A DNA stretch of 64,000 nt, from positions 4,221-68,220 of the forward strand of contig JBFGJH010000001.1 in the NCBI GenBank assembly GCA_041577335.1, written 5' to 3'. The first letter of the stretch is position 1. Every line of letters begins with the position of its first letter. This DNA is from Acidimicrobiia bacterium (lineage in GTDB: Bacteria > Actinomycetota > Acidimicrobiia > Spongiisociales > JAENVV01). The notes below the pieces were generated by a model. That model searched no databases. It was not told the DNA's origin and worked only from the letters and a program-made list of their open reading frames with translations. A program made the translations under genes and the position numbers. Positions 1 through 9,051 of this stretch are shown here, piece after piece.

Positions 1-288
1 TTCAATTACATACTGCGCTACCTCCTATCGAGTCGGGTGTCAGACACACACGGCATCAAAGCCTTTCGTCGGCCGATCGTGGATCGCTTCTTGGCGTCCA
101 CCAGGTCCAACCAGGACCTCTTCGACACGGAGTTGATACTGCGGGCCGAGCGGAGCGGCGCAGTCATCGTCGAGCTACCGGTGGTCGTCGAGGAGCACCG
201 TGCCGCCCGTTCGCTGCTCAAGCGGGTTCCGCGAACGCTGCGCGGCATCCTGAAGCTGCGCCGGTTGTTTGCCGAAGAGTCGCGCTAG
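1..288 (+). CDS. Glycosyltransferase family 2 (DPM1-like), C-terminal fragment; the 5' end lies outside the window
   Basis: Frame +1 is open from position 1. The motif SDTHGIKAFRR resembles the GT2 D-x-x-GFKxFRR region. Convergent with the downstream membrane-protein gene. Confidence 0.5.
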   Translation, partial: FNYILRYLLSSRVSDTHGIKAFRRPIVDRFLASTRSNQDLFDTELILRAERSGAVIVELPVVVEEHRAARSLLKRVPRTLRGILKLRRLFAEESR

Positions 289-2609
289 CCGTTGACCCGG
301 CGGCGGTAGATCCCGAGCCCGCCGGCTACGGCCACCCCCAGCCAGGCGACCGCGCTCAGCCCCCAACCCAGCCTCTCCGGCCATTGTCGGCTGAACTGAA
401 GCGTCACGTCCTCGGTGGTGGGTACGACGACCATCAGGGACGGACTGGCCCGAAATGGGCCCTCGGCACCTTCGACCTCCCAATTGGGGAAGTACGACAT
501 CTTCACCAGGTGAGGAACTCCCACCGCAGTCGTCGTGAACGTGATCAGGCCGTTGTCGGAAACGATGTCGGTGACTTCTCCTCCACCGCCGCCTTCCAAA
601 GGGACGGCGACGCCGGCGAGCTCGTCCAACGAGTCGATCCTGGGCCAATCGGCGGGACCGTCGGCGGTGACCCACATGTCCAGCAAGTCGAGGTCGTCGT
701 ACCACTCCAGGGCGAATTCGTGGAACGTTCCGGCGCTCGTGGCAGCATCGTCGGCTGCAAACAAGCCCCCGATCCCGGCGGCGGGCGCCTCATACACGGC
801 GGGCTGATGGGTGGCGATCGTCACCAGGGAAGTTTCGGGTAGGGCGTACACGGTGAATGGATCGGCAGTGGCCAACTCGGTGAATGCGGCGTGTTCGGCG
901 GCTGCCTCGGTCGCCTCGTCGGTGAAGGCCACGTAGTAACTGACTCCGTAGGTGTCCATGTGCTCGACGCCCCTATCGAACTCGAACGTGTGATAGTCGA
1001 GCCCCGGAATGGGGTTGGACGGCGAGTGACTCATTTCGCTGGCATTCACGAAGTGAAATGGGGTGGTCAATGACGACTCGAAGAACAGCCCCTCCATGGA
1101 GGGGTGGCCGTCGGACCAATAGGGGGTCAGCATGAGCGCCATCGGCGTCCCATACGAATTGAGGTCGCGATTGGCCTCCCATTGGACACGGCCGGCAGGA
1201 AGCTCGTCGATCGCCTCCATGAGCCCGATGTACTCGTCGAAACCATCCTTGGCTTCGTAACCCGTGTAGTTCCACCGGGCCCACCCGGGCAAGAATGATG
1301 TGCCCGCCGTGACGATCGCCAGAATCACCAAACCCGTCATGATGGGCACCGCCGAAATCGTCCGCACTCGCCAATGCCGGTTCATGATCACAACAACGAT
1401 TCCGACCGCGGCGACGGATCCGAGGCCCCAAGCCCAATACTCGACGAAGCGATAATCGTTCCAGCGAGCAAGTCCTGGCGCCAGAACCGCGCTGAATACC
1501 ACGAGAGGCAGCCACGCCGGTAGGGACGCAGGCAGACGGCGAGCGACCGCTCGACTGGCGACTCCAAACCCGACCCCCACCAAGAACAGGACGCCGAAGT
1601 ACCACCACGGGAGCAGGCGCCCGTTCCAGAGCTTCCACGTGCCGTCATAGATCTCGAGGCGTTCCGCCTGGTTGGGAACCCAGAAGTACACAACGGGCGC
1701 GAAGGTCATGACCAAGAGCGGCATGGCCCGTTTGTTGTTGCGTAGGAGCCAGACGAGACCCACGACTGCGGGGATCGCCAAGATCCACAGTTCGGTGGGA
1801 TATATCTCATCCCAGCGGCGGAGAGGTGACCACGCCATGTCGGCAGAGAAGGCAATGGAACGCAGCAGCGGAAGTGCCCAGAACGCCGACACCGCAAAGC
1901 CCCACACCCACGTTGCCAGCACCGGGAGAGCGCCGCGTCGCCAGAAAAGAATCGGTACCGTCGCCAGGACGAACATGATCGTTGTGATGACATGAGCCAG
2001 AGCGGTGAGCCCGAGAACCAACGCAGCCAGAGGAAGGTACCTGCGATTGTCGCGCACCGTGCGGATCACGAGGCCCAGATAGAAGAGGCCCAGAGCGAAT
2101 GACCACGAGAACGAGAACTCGCCCGCCATCGTCGAGGCGATGTTGCCTCCGTAGATGGTGAACGACTCGATGAAGACGAAACTGCCGCCCGCCACGCCGG
2201 CCGCAGAGGCGATCATTCTCGGTAGATCCATCGCTCGCGCCAGGTAGTAGGCGGCCGCGGGTGTGGCCAAGAGCCCGAGGACCGTGACGGCTTTGAAGGC
2301 GACCCCGTATGGCAGGACAGTGTCGAGGCCGACAATCACCAGTGAGGGGAGGGGAAAATAGAAATAGAACGCCGGAAATCCCGCGAACCAGGCGTCCGAC
2401 CATCCGGCTACGTTGCCGGCAGGCAGCAAGACGTCCCTCAGCAAGGCCGGCCCAAGGACGTGGGCGCCCATATCGCCGCCGGTCGGTGTCGAGTCTCTGA
2501 CGATTTCGTGTGGTTGGACCATGCCGAGCACGGTCAATATCACCGAGCCGATGGTGACCCAAGGGACCCAGCGTGGAACAGCCTCGGAAGTGAGCGGTTG
2601 CCTGTCCAT
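285..2609 (-). CDS. Large polytopic integral membrane protein, probably a GT-C-fold glycosyltransferase-like envelope protein, with a C-terminal extracytoplasmic domain
   Basis: 774-aa ORF with more than 12 predicted hydrophobic helices rich in W/F/Y, followed by a ~300-aa soluble domain. Last gene of the conserved DUF3499/DUF5719/GT2 operon. Confidence 0.55.
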   Translation of the reverse strand: MDRQPLTSEAVPRWVPWVTIGSVILTVLGMVQPHEIVRDSTPTGGDMGAHVLGPALLRDVLLPAGNVAGWSDAWFAGFPAFYFYFPLPSLVIVGLDTVLPYGVAFKAVTVLGLLATPAAAYYLARAMDLPRMIASAAGVAGGSFVFIESFTIYGGNIASTMAGEFSFSWSFALGLFYLGLVIRTVRDNRRYLPLAALVLGLTALAHVITTIMFVLATVPILFWRRGALPVLATWVWGFAVSAFWALPLLRSIAFSADMAWSPLRRWDEIYPTELWILAIPAVVGLVWLLRNNKRAMPLLVMTFAPVVYFWVPNQAERLEIYDGTWKLWNGRLLPWWYFGVLFLVGVGFGVASRAVARRLPASLPAWLPLVVFSAVLAPGLARWNDYRFVEYWAWGLGSVAAVGIVVVIMNRHWRVRTISAVPIMTGLVILAIVTAGTSFLPGWARWNYTGYEAKDGFDEYIGLMEAIDELPAGRVQWEANRDLNSYGTPMALMLTPYWSDGHPSMEGLFFESSLTTPFHFVNASEMSHSPSNPIPGLDYHTFEFDRGVEHMDTYGVSYYVAFTDEATEAAAEHAAFTELATADPFTVYALPETSLVTIATHQPAVYEAPAAGIGGLFAADDAATSAGTFHEFALEWYDDLDLLDMWVTADGPADWPRIDSLDELAGVAVPLEGGGGGEVTDIVSDNGLITFTTTAVGVPHLVKMSYFPNWEVEGAEGPFRASPSLMVVVPTTEDVTLQFSRQWPERLGWGLSAVAWLGVAVAGGLGIYRRRVNG

Positions 2610-2624
2610 CTCAAACAGAGGAGA

Positions 2625-2801
2625 TCAGATGCGGGGCCGACGCGCCATTCTCAGGACATCGGCAAGGGCAATCTCCTTGCCGTCCCGGTCCCACCACCGT
2701 TCGTCGCATTTGTGGCATGAGAAAAAATCGACCTCTGTGCCGTCCGGTAGCTTCTGATGGATTTCGATCACGTCGTCGACTTGGCAACGCGGGCATTTCA
2801 T
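2625..2801 (-). CDS. Small zinc-ribbon protein (58 aa; CxxC...CxxC). Not in the ORF track because it is shorter than 60 aa.
   Basis: ATG at 2801. Translation MKCPRCQVDDVIEIHQKLPDGTEVDFFSCHKCDERWWDRDGKEIALADVLRMARRPRI; stop TGA at 2625-2627. Four Cys in a ribbon arrangement, high GC3. Ends 15 nt upstream of the membrane-protein start. Confidence 0.5.
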   Translation of the reverse strand: MKCPRCQVDDVIEIHQKLPDGTEVDFFSCHKCDERWWDRDGKEIALADVLRMARRPRI

Positions 2802-2908
2802 CGTGTGATTACCTCCGAGTCGCTATGCCGCACGACAGAAACACTAACGAGCGCCTGTCGTCAGCCCAACGACCTTGGTGCAGTGTATTCAGGAACTGCC
2901 GATAACAG

Positions 2909-3181
2909 TCAATCTTCTTCGAGGAGCCGGCCCACATATTTGGTTCGCCGCCGGCCGTCCTCGGTCCAGTAGGCGTACCAATACGGTCCGTGGGGACAGC
3001 TGGTGCATGCCTGCTTGCCGCATTTGACTGCTTGCTGGCGCAACCTGACCGTAGGGCCGTCCGGCTGGGCCGGCAGAGCACCGGTACGTTCGAGGTGTGC
3101 CCTGGCGAGGATGAGGAGGCGGCGCAACCCGTGCTCATCGAGATCGCGAACCGCATCGAGCAAGTCGCGATCGAGACTCAT
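2909..3181 (-). CDS. Conserved small hypothetical protein with a C-x4-C-x2-C-x-H / HGPYWYAYW motif, a putative metal-binding domain
   Basis: 90-aa ORF lying 18 nt downstream of the DUF3499 gene. Cys/His cluster KCGKQACTSCPHGPYWYAYW. Confidence 0.45.
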   Translation of the reverse strand: MSLDRDLLDAVRDLDEHGLRRLLILARAHLERTGALPAQPDGPTVRLRQQAVKCGKQACTSCPHGPYWYAYWTEDGRRRTKYVGRLLEED

Positions 3182-3199
3182 CGCCTGGCAGGGCCGGGG

Positions 3200-3445
3200 T
3201 TATGCGACGCCTGCGGCAGTGGCAGGAGTCGGGGCAAAGAGACGAACCGTGTTGCGGCGATCGGTGAGCGTCCAGCCCATCGGGGGCACGAGACGATCGC
3301 CGTGGATGCCGCACACCGCATATCCGGCACCCGGTTCGATGATTTCGACGAGATCGTCGAGCCACACGGCGCTGTCGGGGTAATTGAAAGACATGATGGC
3401 GGAAGCAGGAGCCCCACACCGTGCACAAGACTGGATCATGAGCAA
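3200..3445 (-). CDS. DUF3499 family protein (actinobacteria-specific)
   Basis: 81 aa. N-terminal C-x-R-C-G motif, Y-x-D-S-x-x-W-L, CGIHGDRL and PMGW; position in the operon matches the known DUF3499 context. Confidence 0.7.
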   Translation of the reverse strand: MLMIQSCARCGAPASAIMSFNYPDSAVWLDDLVEIIEPGAGYAVCGIHGDRLVPPMGWTLTDRRNTVRLFAPTPATAAGVA

Positions 3446-3490
3446 AAACGCTAGGGCGTATGGCCCGCCATTCCAAGCATTTCGGGTGTT

Positions 3491-3514
3491 CTTACGCGCG
3501 CGGGCGCGCGTAAG
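3491..3514. promoter_or_regulatory. Perfect GC-rich palindrome CTTACGCGCGC-GG-GCGCGCGTAAG, 46 bp upstream of the DUF3499 start; candidate operator or internal terminator
   Basis: 11-bp arms with a 2-bp spacer, read directly from the sequence. Sits in an unusually AT-richer intergenic stretch. Confidence 0.4.
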
Positions 3515-3545
3515 ACGATTTTGTCATTCGGAAAATGTCTGTAAT

Positions 3546-3911
3546 TCACGCGAAGCGGCGCAGTTGGCGCATCTGACCGGAGCCGATCGGCCCGCGAATA
3601 TCGAGTTGCACCCGGCCTCGTGAGTCGACGGCCAATAGGCGGGGCACCTCGTCGACCGGAAGGTCCTCGAACACATGCTGGTCGGTCTCCCACGTGTACT
3701 GGGTGAACTCGATCCGCGAGTCGGCGAGTGCCGCCAACACCGGGCGGCACTCGGCGCACGTCTCAGAACCAAAAAAGAGAACACGTGGGAACGGCCCGTA
3801 TCTCTCGGGAACATCCCGAAGCACGGACCGAGCGCGTCGACGAAGTGCCACGGCTGCCATCACACCGCCGAGCACGGCTACGACGATGATCACCCGCTGC
3901 GGATCACCCAT
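3546..3911 (-). CDS. Membrane-anchored thioredoxin/glutaredoxin-like protein (CxxC motif TCAEC)
   Basis: Start taken at internal ATG (MGDPQRVIIVVAVLGG...). N-terminal TM helix, then FFGSETCAEC thioredoxin-fold motif. Overlaps the stop of the upstream DUF5719 gene by 8 nt. Confidence 0.6.
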   Translation of the reverse strand: MGDPQRVIIVVAVLGGVMAAVALRRRARSVLRDVPERYGPFPRVLFFGSETCAECRPVLAALADSRIEFTQYTWETDQHVFEDLPVDEVPRLLAVDSRGRVQLDIRGPIGSGQMRQLRRFA

Positions 3912-5241
3912 CGGAGACGGGGGTAGCAACCGTAAAAGCAGTCGCCGTGCCGGTCGAACGGATCCACCCGACCGAGACCGGCTCCTGAGATTCGAGCACC
4001 AGGTCGTCACGCGATGAGAAAACGCGAATGGTTCCGGCCGGCACCAAGAGCTTGTCAGGCTGACCGAGTTGGCCATCCCGAGACGAAGTGAAGGTCACGG
4101 TTGCTGGGGTCGCTCCTGTGTTCATCACCCAGACCTGCGATGTTCCCGCCATTACGCTCACACCGGGCATCAGCCATTTCCTTCGAGCCGAGGAAACGCC
4201 GGCCGTCGCCGCACGCTCCGTCGGTCCCGACGCGGTCAAGAAAGCGCCAATTGGCTCATCGCCCGTGACGACGACGCCACTGGGGGCTGCGGCCAAGTCG
4301 GCCAGCGGCACGCGAGTGACGGTCAGCGGCTCCAACGTGCCGGAAGCGGCTACCGTCGTCGAGCTCTCCTCGCCGAAAACGTCGAGTGTCCAGCTGACCG
4401 GTACGGTCTGGTCGTTGACGATCGTGATGGAAGAGTCCAGTCCGGCCACCGCTGCGAACGGGAACTCCCACCGCCGCGCCGCCGTCACACCGGCCCAGGC
4501 GGCGAGATCGACGTCGCGACTGTTGCCCTCTTCGTCTTCCACCTCGCCGGCTTGCACGAGCGCTGGGACGATGAGGCCTTCCGGGTCTGAAATCCGCAAC
4601 GCCAGCGTTTCGCGAAGCGACAGAAGCGAGCCGAGGTCGAACGTGGCAGTGCTCTGCGCCGCAACGGATAGCGATTCGAGGGAAGCCTCCGGCTCCACAT
4701 CGTTCTCGCTGACGACCTGGATCTCGACACGAGCGTCTTGTGGGAAGGGATTGAACAGCCTGAGTTGAAGTGTCTCACCATCGAGTGTCGAGCCACCACC
4801 CAGGAGCCAAACCTTGGAGGCTCCCGATCGGCATCCGGCGCTCGCCACTGCGGCCTCACCTTCGCCTACCGCAACCACGGCAGCAGGTTCATTGTCGACC
4901 TCGACGAAGACCGATCCGGTTCCGATGTTGGCCAGGTCGAGGAAGGGCACAGCCGCAAACGCGGCCACCGACAGCGTCGACGTTCCGACGACCGACCCGG
5001 CGGCCGCAACCGTGAAGGTCGCTTCTTCCGCCTCAGGAGCTCCCACTGCCACTTCGCCCTCGATGAAGCCATCGCCTCGGACCCATGGGCACCGGGCGAC
5101 GGAGCGAGCCGACGCGACCTCCTGGGCTTCGACCGACGTGTCCTCCGGCGCTGTCGGCGTCACCGGAATGTCTCGCTGAGGAACTGCCACGGTGAAGGCT
5201 GCCGCTGCCAAGACCACGAGCATCACCAGAATTCGATTCAT
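3904..5241 (-). CDS. Secreted DUF5719-like protein (signal peptide, Ala/Val/Thr-rich beta-rich domain)
   Basis: Start at internal ATG (MNRILVMLVVLAAAAF, signal peptide) forming an ATGA overlap with the GT2-fusion gene stop. Conserved partner of the upstream GT2-membrane fusion in actinobacteria. Confidence 0.6.
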   Translation of the reverse strand: MNRILVMLVVLAAAAFTVAVPQRDIPVTPTAPEDTSVEAQEVASARSVARCPWVRGDGFIEGEVAVGAPEAEEATFTVAAAGSVVGTSTLSVAAFAAVPFLDLANIGTGSVFVEVDNEPAAVVAVGEGEAAVASAGCRSGASKVWLLGGGSTLDGETLQLRLFNPFPQDARVEIQVVSENDVEPEASLESLSVAAQSTATFDLGSLLSLRETLALRISDPEGLIVPALVQAGEVEDEEGNSRDVDLAAWAGVTAARRWEFPFAAVAGLDSSITIVNDQTVPVSWTLDVFGEESSTTVAASGTLEPLTVTRVPLADLAAAPSGVVVTGDEPIGAFLTASGPTERAATAGVSSARRKWLMPGVSVMAGTSQVWVMNTGATPATVTFTSSRDGQLGQPDKLLVPAGTIRVFSSRDDLVLESQEPVSVGWIRSTGTATAFTVATPVSDG

Positions 5242-8024
5242 CGGCGCCGCGCTCCGATTCCGGCGAGTGCCGCCAGCAACGACGCGGCGGCCACTCCCGC
5301 TGCCACCCAAGCAAGGGCTCGTTGTGATCCGTCGACCGCCACGGCGACTTCTCCGGAATTCGCGGAGGCCTGCACGGCCCAGTCATCCGGCGCGGCGTCC
5401 GGCCTCCATCGCTCGTTGTACTGCTCGGCGACCCTCACCTGGGCCGCAGTGCTCGCCGGGCCCTGATATCGAAAACCGTCGTGTCGCCAGATGACGCCGT
5501 CATCGCGGACCGCCCGGGGGCTCGATTCGAGATTCTCGTAGACCACGAACGGGACATCGAACAACGGCAGCCGCCGCATGTCGAGCTTGGCCTGGAAACC
5601 CGCCTCGAGGGGGTTCGGCTCCAGTACCACCACCCACCGGATGCCGAACTCGGCGAGCGTCGCTCCCGGCCTCTGCACCTGGGGGTCGCGCAATGCCAAA
5701 AGAGCTCGCTCCAGCGCCACGTCACCAGCTTGGCGAACGGGTAGCCACGCCTCCGTGAAAGGAACCTCGGCCGAAATCACTCGATAGGGAACACCGGTGA
5801 GCGTTCGTAGTTCGCCGGGAGCGCCCCGCCCGAGGAACAACACCCTGTCGGGCCCCTGCGCTTCCGCTCTCGGGCCTGTGAACGCCAATGCGTTTCGGAA
5901 CTGATCCGCTTCAAAACCAGCTCGCCCCCGAAGAATGGGCAGGACCGAGGCGGCGGCGATGAGGCCAACCATCCCAACGGTGACGAGTAATGACAGCATT
6001 CGCCTGAAGCGATCGGCGGTCGCCGGTCCCTCGATCGTGGCCACAATCCCGCCCATTGCGATCGCTACGCCGGTCGCCGTCGTCACCATCGCGGCGGCGG
6101 ACGCTTCGAGGCCAACCGGGAGAGCGGCGGTGGTGCTCACGAATGCACCCGCGTAGGCCATGAGAGCACCTACGGCGATGAGCCCCAGGTCGTGGCGGTT
6201 CACGAGCGGCATGGCGATGGCGAGCAGGGCCGTGAAACCCAGACCCAACCAAGCCGGAACCGGCCACATGATCGCCTGGCCGCTCGTCAAGAGTTTCGCC
6301 GGCACCACTTGCGTGAGCCACGGGATCGTCCACACGAGTCCTGCGGCACCCAGAACCGCCGCTTGGGCGGCCGCCTGCCACCGCCCGTCGGTGCCCACGA
6401 GCAGATACAGGAGCGTCGCTGCGAGCGGCAAAAGTGCCAGCCACGGAACCAGGGCCGCCATCAATCCCGTCACGAAGATGGCTGCTCCCACCCGGCCGAT
6501 CCGGAAGCGGAGCGAGCCTTTCCAAGGCCGGTTGGCCGCATCGATTGCCCAGGGAGCGAGACCCGCGGCCAGGAAACCCGGCCAATAGCCGGTCTCGGAG
6601 ATCGCAAACAGCGCCGGCCCAAAGCCCCCGACGAAGGCACCGACGATGCGGCTCCGTTCCGAAGCACCCAACGTTCGCAGCAGACGCATCGTCCCCAGGA
6701 ACCCGGCGATCATCGCCAAGAAAGTCATCCACGCCGGGGACAGTCCGACCCCGGCGAAAAACGTCACGACGGCGACTGCCGGGCGGAGCGGCTCCGTCCA
6801 CCCCAAGCCCGACGGGTTCCAACCCCCCGCGTAATTGCCCAGCACGGAGACCCACTGGTCGTCGGGCGGCAGACTGAATCCCACCAGGGGCATGCCATCG
6901 GTCCAGATCACCCGCGTCGCCACCAACGCCAACGCAACCGCTACGCCCGAAGCGACAAAACTCGGCTCGTGCCAGAACCCGCGTCGGCTTTCGAGGAGCG
7001 CGCCGAGGGCGCCATCCGGGCTGCTGCGCTTGCGCAGCCATTCGGTGACCTCCTCACCGACTTGGCGAAGCAGCACAGATCCCGATATCTGATATCGGAA
7101 AAGCTCTTCATCACCGACACGCCGTGATTGACCTGTCACTCGCCTGCCGGAGAGGGCTGATCGCAGGTTCTTGACATTCCACAGCCACGCCTTGATCTCG
7201 CCGGCGATGAAACCGGGTCGGCCGATCAGAAGGCGCGCCAGCCCCGCGATGAGGCCGATCACGATCGAGAAGGGGATGACCCAGACGGCAGTCAATGGTC
7301 GATACGCCTTGGCAATCGCACGGAACTCGCCGGCACGCTCCCGCCATGCGGGAGCTCCCGAGCTGCAAGAGCCCTCGTGGAAGACCTCGGATGAGGGGAC
7401 GACCACCACCCTCCCACCGAGGAGTCTGGCACGCTGAGCGAGGTCGACTCCTTGCGCTCCGGGAGCCATCAGAAGGTCGGGGCCGCCCAATCCTTTGAAC
7501 AGGTCGCGACGGATGAGTACCGAGACCGCCGGGATGAAGGCAACGTCGCGAACAACGTCGTACTGCTCTTGATCCACCTCTCCGTCCGAGAGACCTGAGT
7601 ACGGGTGACCGAATACATCGGTGGCTCCCCCGACCGACTCGAGCAGAGCATGATCGTCGCTCCGCAAGACCTTCGAACCTGCCACCGACGCGTCGACCCG
7701 ATGAGACTCACCGGTCAGAGCCGCCAATGCACCGGGTCGCGGCCGGCAATCAGAGTGGAGAAACCAGACGTGCGTGACGACGTCGGCGAGTGCGGCCGAC
7801 ATTGCCGAGATACTCGCCACCCAGGTCGCTCCGTGCTCCTCGGCAGCGCGCCGAGTGGCTGCGCCGCCTCCAACCACGAACGCAGTCGCCGCGCCCTGGG
7901 TGCCGGCAGCAGTGAGCGCGCCGGCAACTTCGCTCGGATCGGATCCGAGGACCACGAGCGCAACGACTGGGAGCGAGGAGGAGGGGACATCGGCAGATTG
8001 CGCGACATCGGGGAATGACGTCAT
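5238..8024 (-). CDS. Glycosyltransferase family 2 domain fused to a large polytopic membrane domain (envelope polysaccharide synthase-like)
   Basis: 928 aa. N-terminal ~230-aa GT2 catalytic domain, then ~650-aa multi-TM region. Confidence 0.75.
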   Translation of the reverse strand: MTSFPDVAQSADVPSSSLPVVALVVLGSDPSEVAGALTAAGTQGAATAFVVGGGAATRRAAEEHGATWVASISAMSAALADVVTHVWFLHSDCRPRPGALAALTGESHRVDASVAGSKVLRSDDHALLESVGGATDVFGHPYSGLSDGEVDQEQYDVVRDVAFIPAVSVLIRRDLFKGLGGPDLLMAPGAQGVDLAQRARLLGGRVVVVPSSEVFHEGSCSSGAPAWRERAGEFRAIAKAYRPLTAVWVIPFSIVIGLIAGLARLLIGRPGFIAGEIKAWLWNVKNLRSALSGRRVTGQSRRVGDEELFRYQISGSVLLRQVGEEVTEWLRKRSSPDGALGALLESRRGFWHEPSFVASGVAVALALVATRVIWTDGMPLVGFSLPPDDQWVSVLGNYAGGWNPSGLGWTEPLRPAVAVVTFFAGVGLSPAWMTFLAMIAGFLGTMRLLRTLGASERSRIVGAFVGGFGPALFAISETGYWPGFLAAGLAPWAIDAANRPWKGSLRFRIGRVGAAIFVTGLMAALVPWLALLPLAATLLYLLVGTDGRWQAAAQAAVLGAAGLVWTIPWLTQVVPAKLLTSGQAIMWPVPAWLGLGFTALLAIAMPLVNRHDLGLIAVGALMAYAGAFVSTTAALPVGLEASAAAMVTTATGVAIAMGGIVATIEGPATADRFRRMLSLLVTVGMVGLIAAASVLPILRGRAGFEADQFRNALAFTGPRAEAQGPDRVLFLGRGAPGELRTLTGVPYRVISAEVPFTEAWLPVRQAGDVALERALLALRDPQVQRPGATLAEFGIRWVVVLEPNPLEAGFQAKLDMRRLPLFDVPFVVYENLESSPRAVRDDGVIWRHDGFRYQGPASTAAQVRVAEQYNERWRPDAAPDDWAVQASANSGEVAVAVDGSQRALAWVAAGVAAASLLAALAGIGARRR

Positions 8025-8108
8025 GTGAGGTCGTATTCTGGAGCCGGCGAATCAAAAGGGCAATCTCTTCGGGTCGCGGGCCTGAGGCGTGGGAGGATCA
8101 ACGACGAC

Positions 8109-9038
8109 ATGAAACTGGTGCTTCTCTCTGGAGGCGTCGGCGGCGCCCGGCTTGCCAGAGGCCTCACCGCCCTCTCCGATCACGAAGTCACCGTGGTGGT
8201 GAATACGGGTGACGACGACATGAGCTACGGGCTGGAAGTGTCTCCCGACCTCGACACGGTTGTGTACACGATCGCCGGCGTGGAGGGCCCACAGGGATGG
8301 GGACGCAGCAACGACTCCTTCACCGTGATGAGTCACCTGGCAGAATTGGGCATCGACACGTCGTTCCAGGTCGGTGACGCGGATTTGGCGATCAACCTGT
8401 ACCGAACCCAGCTACTCCGCCAGGGCATCGGCTTGACCGAAGTCACCCGGCGTCTCACCGATCGGCTGGGACTTACCACGCGGGTGCTCCCGATGACCGA
8501 CGCCAAAGTCCGCACCATGGTGCAGACCGTCGACGGCCACTGGCGAACCTTCAAGGAATATTTCGTCGAGCGCCAGCACAAGGACCAGGTCGCCGACCTC
8601 CGGTTCGACGGAGCGCTCGAGGCCCAACCTGCTCCCGGTGTCCTCGAGGCACTCGCCGAAGCCGATGCCGTCATCATCGGCCCGTCGAATCCGGTGCTAT
8701 CGGTTTGGCCGATACTCGCTGTGCCTGGAATCGCAGGGGCCGTGTCTCGGGCGCCTCGCGTGTTGGCGGTGAGCCCACTCTTCGGCGGTGAGGCGCTGAA
8801 GGGCCCAGCACATGCCGTCATGGCAGACATGGGTCTTCCCTTCGGCAACGCAGGGATCGCCGCCGCCTATGACGGTCTGGTGAACGAGCTCGTCATCGAT
8901 GCCGGAGATGCGGCCGACCGCAGCAACCTGACCTCGGGCGGGCTGACCGTTCACGTGCGCAGCACGCTCCTCACGTCCGTCGATCAATCCCGAGAGTTCG
9001 CCGAATGGCTCGCCGGGCTGCTGATGAACAGCCAGTGA
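8109..9038 (+). CDS. cofD: 2-phospho-L-lactate transferase (F420 biosynthesis), CofD/FbiA
   Basis: Start MKLVLLSGGVGGARL (CofD N-terminal glycine-rich motif), then VVNTGDD. Immediately followed by cofE. Confidence 0.85.
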   Translation: MKLVLLSGGVGGARLARGLTALSDHEVTVVVNTGDDDMSYGLEVSPDLDTVVYTIAGVEGPQGWGRSNDSFTVMSHLAELGIDTSFQVGDADLAINLYRTQLLRQGIGLTEVTRRLTDRLGLTTRVLPMTDAKVRTMVQTVDGHWRTFKEYFVERQHKDQVADLRFDGALEAQPAPGVLEALAEADAVIIGPSNPVLSVWPILAVPGIAGAVSRAPRVLAVSPLFGGEALKGPAHAVMADMGLPFGNAGIAAAYDGLVNELVIDAGDAADRSNLTSGGLTVHVRSTLLTSVDQSREFAEWLAGLLMNSQ

Positions 9039-9051
9039 TCCGATCCGTGAG

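Noticed and set aside
2611-2796. 61-aa ORF from the track (MPALPSRRRDRNPSE...)
   Set aside because: Arg/Pro-rich junk frame. The overlapping frame starting at 2801 encodes a clean CxxC..CxxC zinc ribbon with better codon usage and is the likelier gene.
5911-7127. Long ORFs 5911-7041(-) and 6192-7127(+) in other frames inside the 928-aa GT2-membrane gene
   Set aside because: Arg/Pro/Gly-rich translations typical of out-of-frame reading of high-GC coding DNA. They are fully nested in a gene with clear GT2 and membrane-domain signal.
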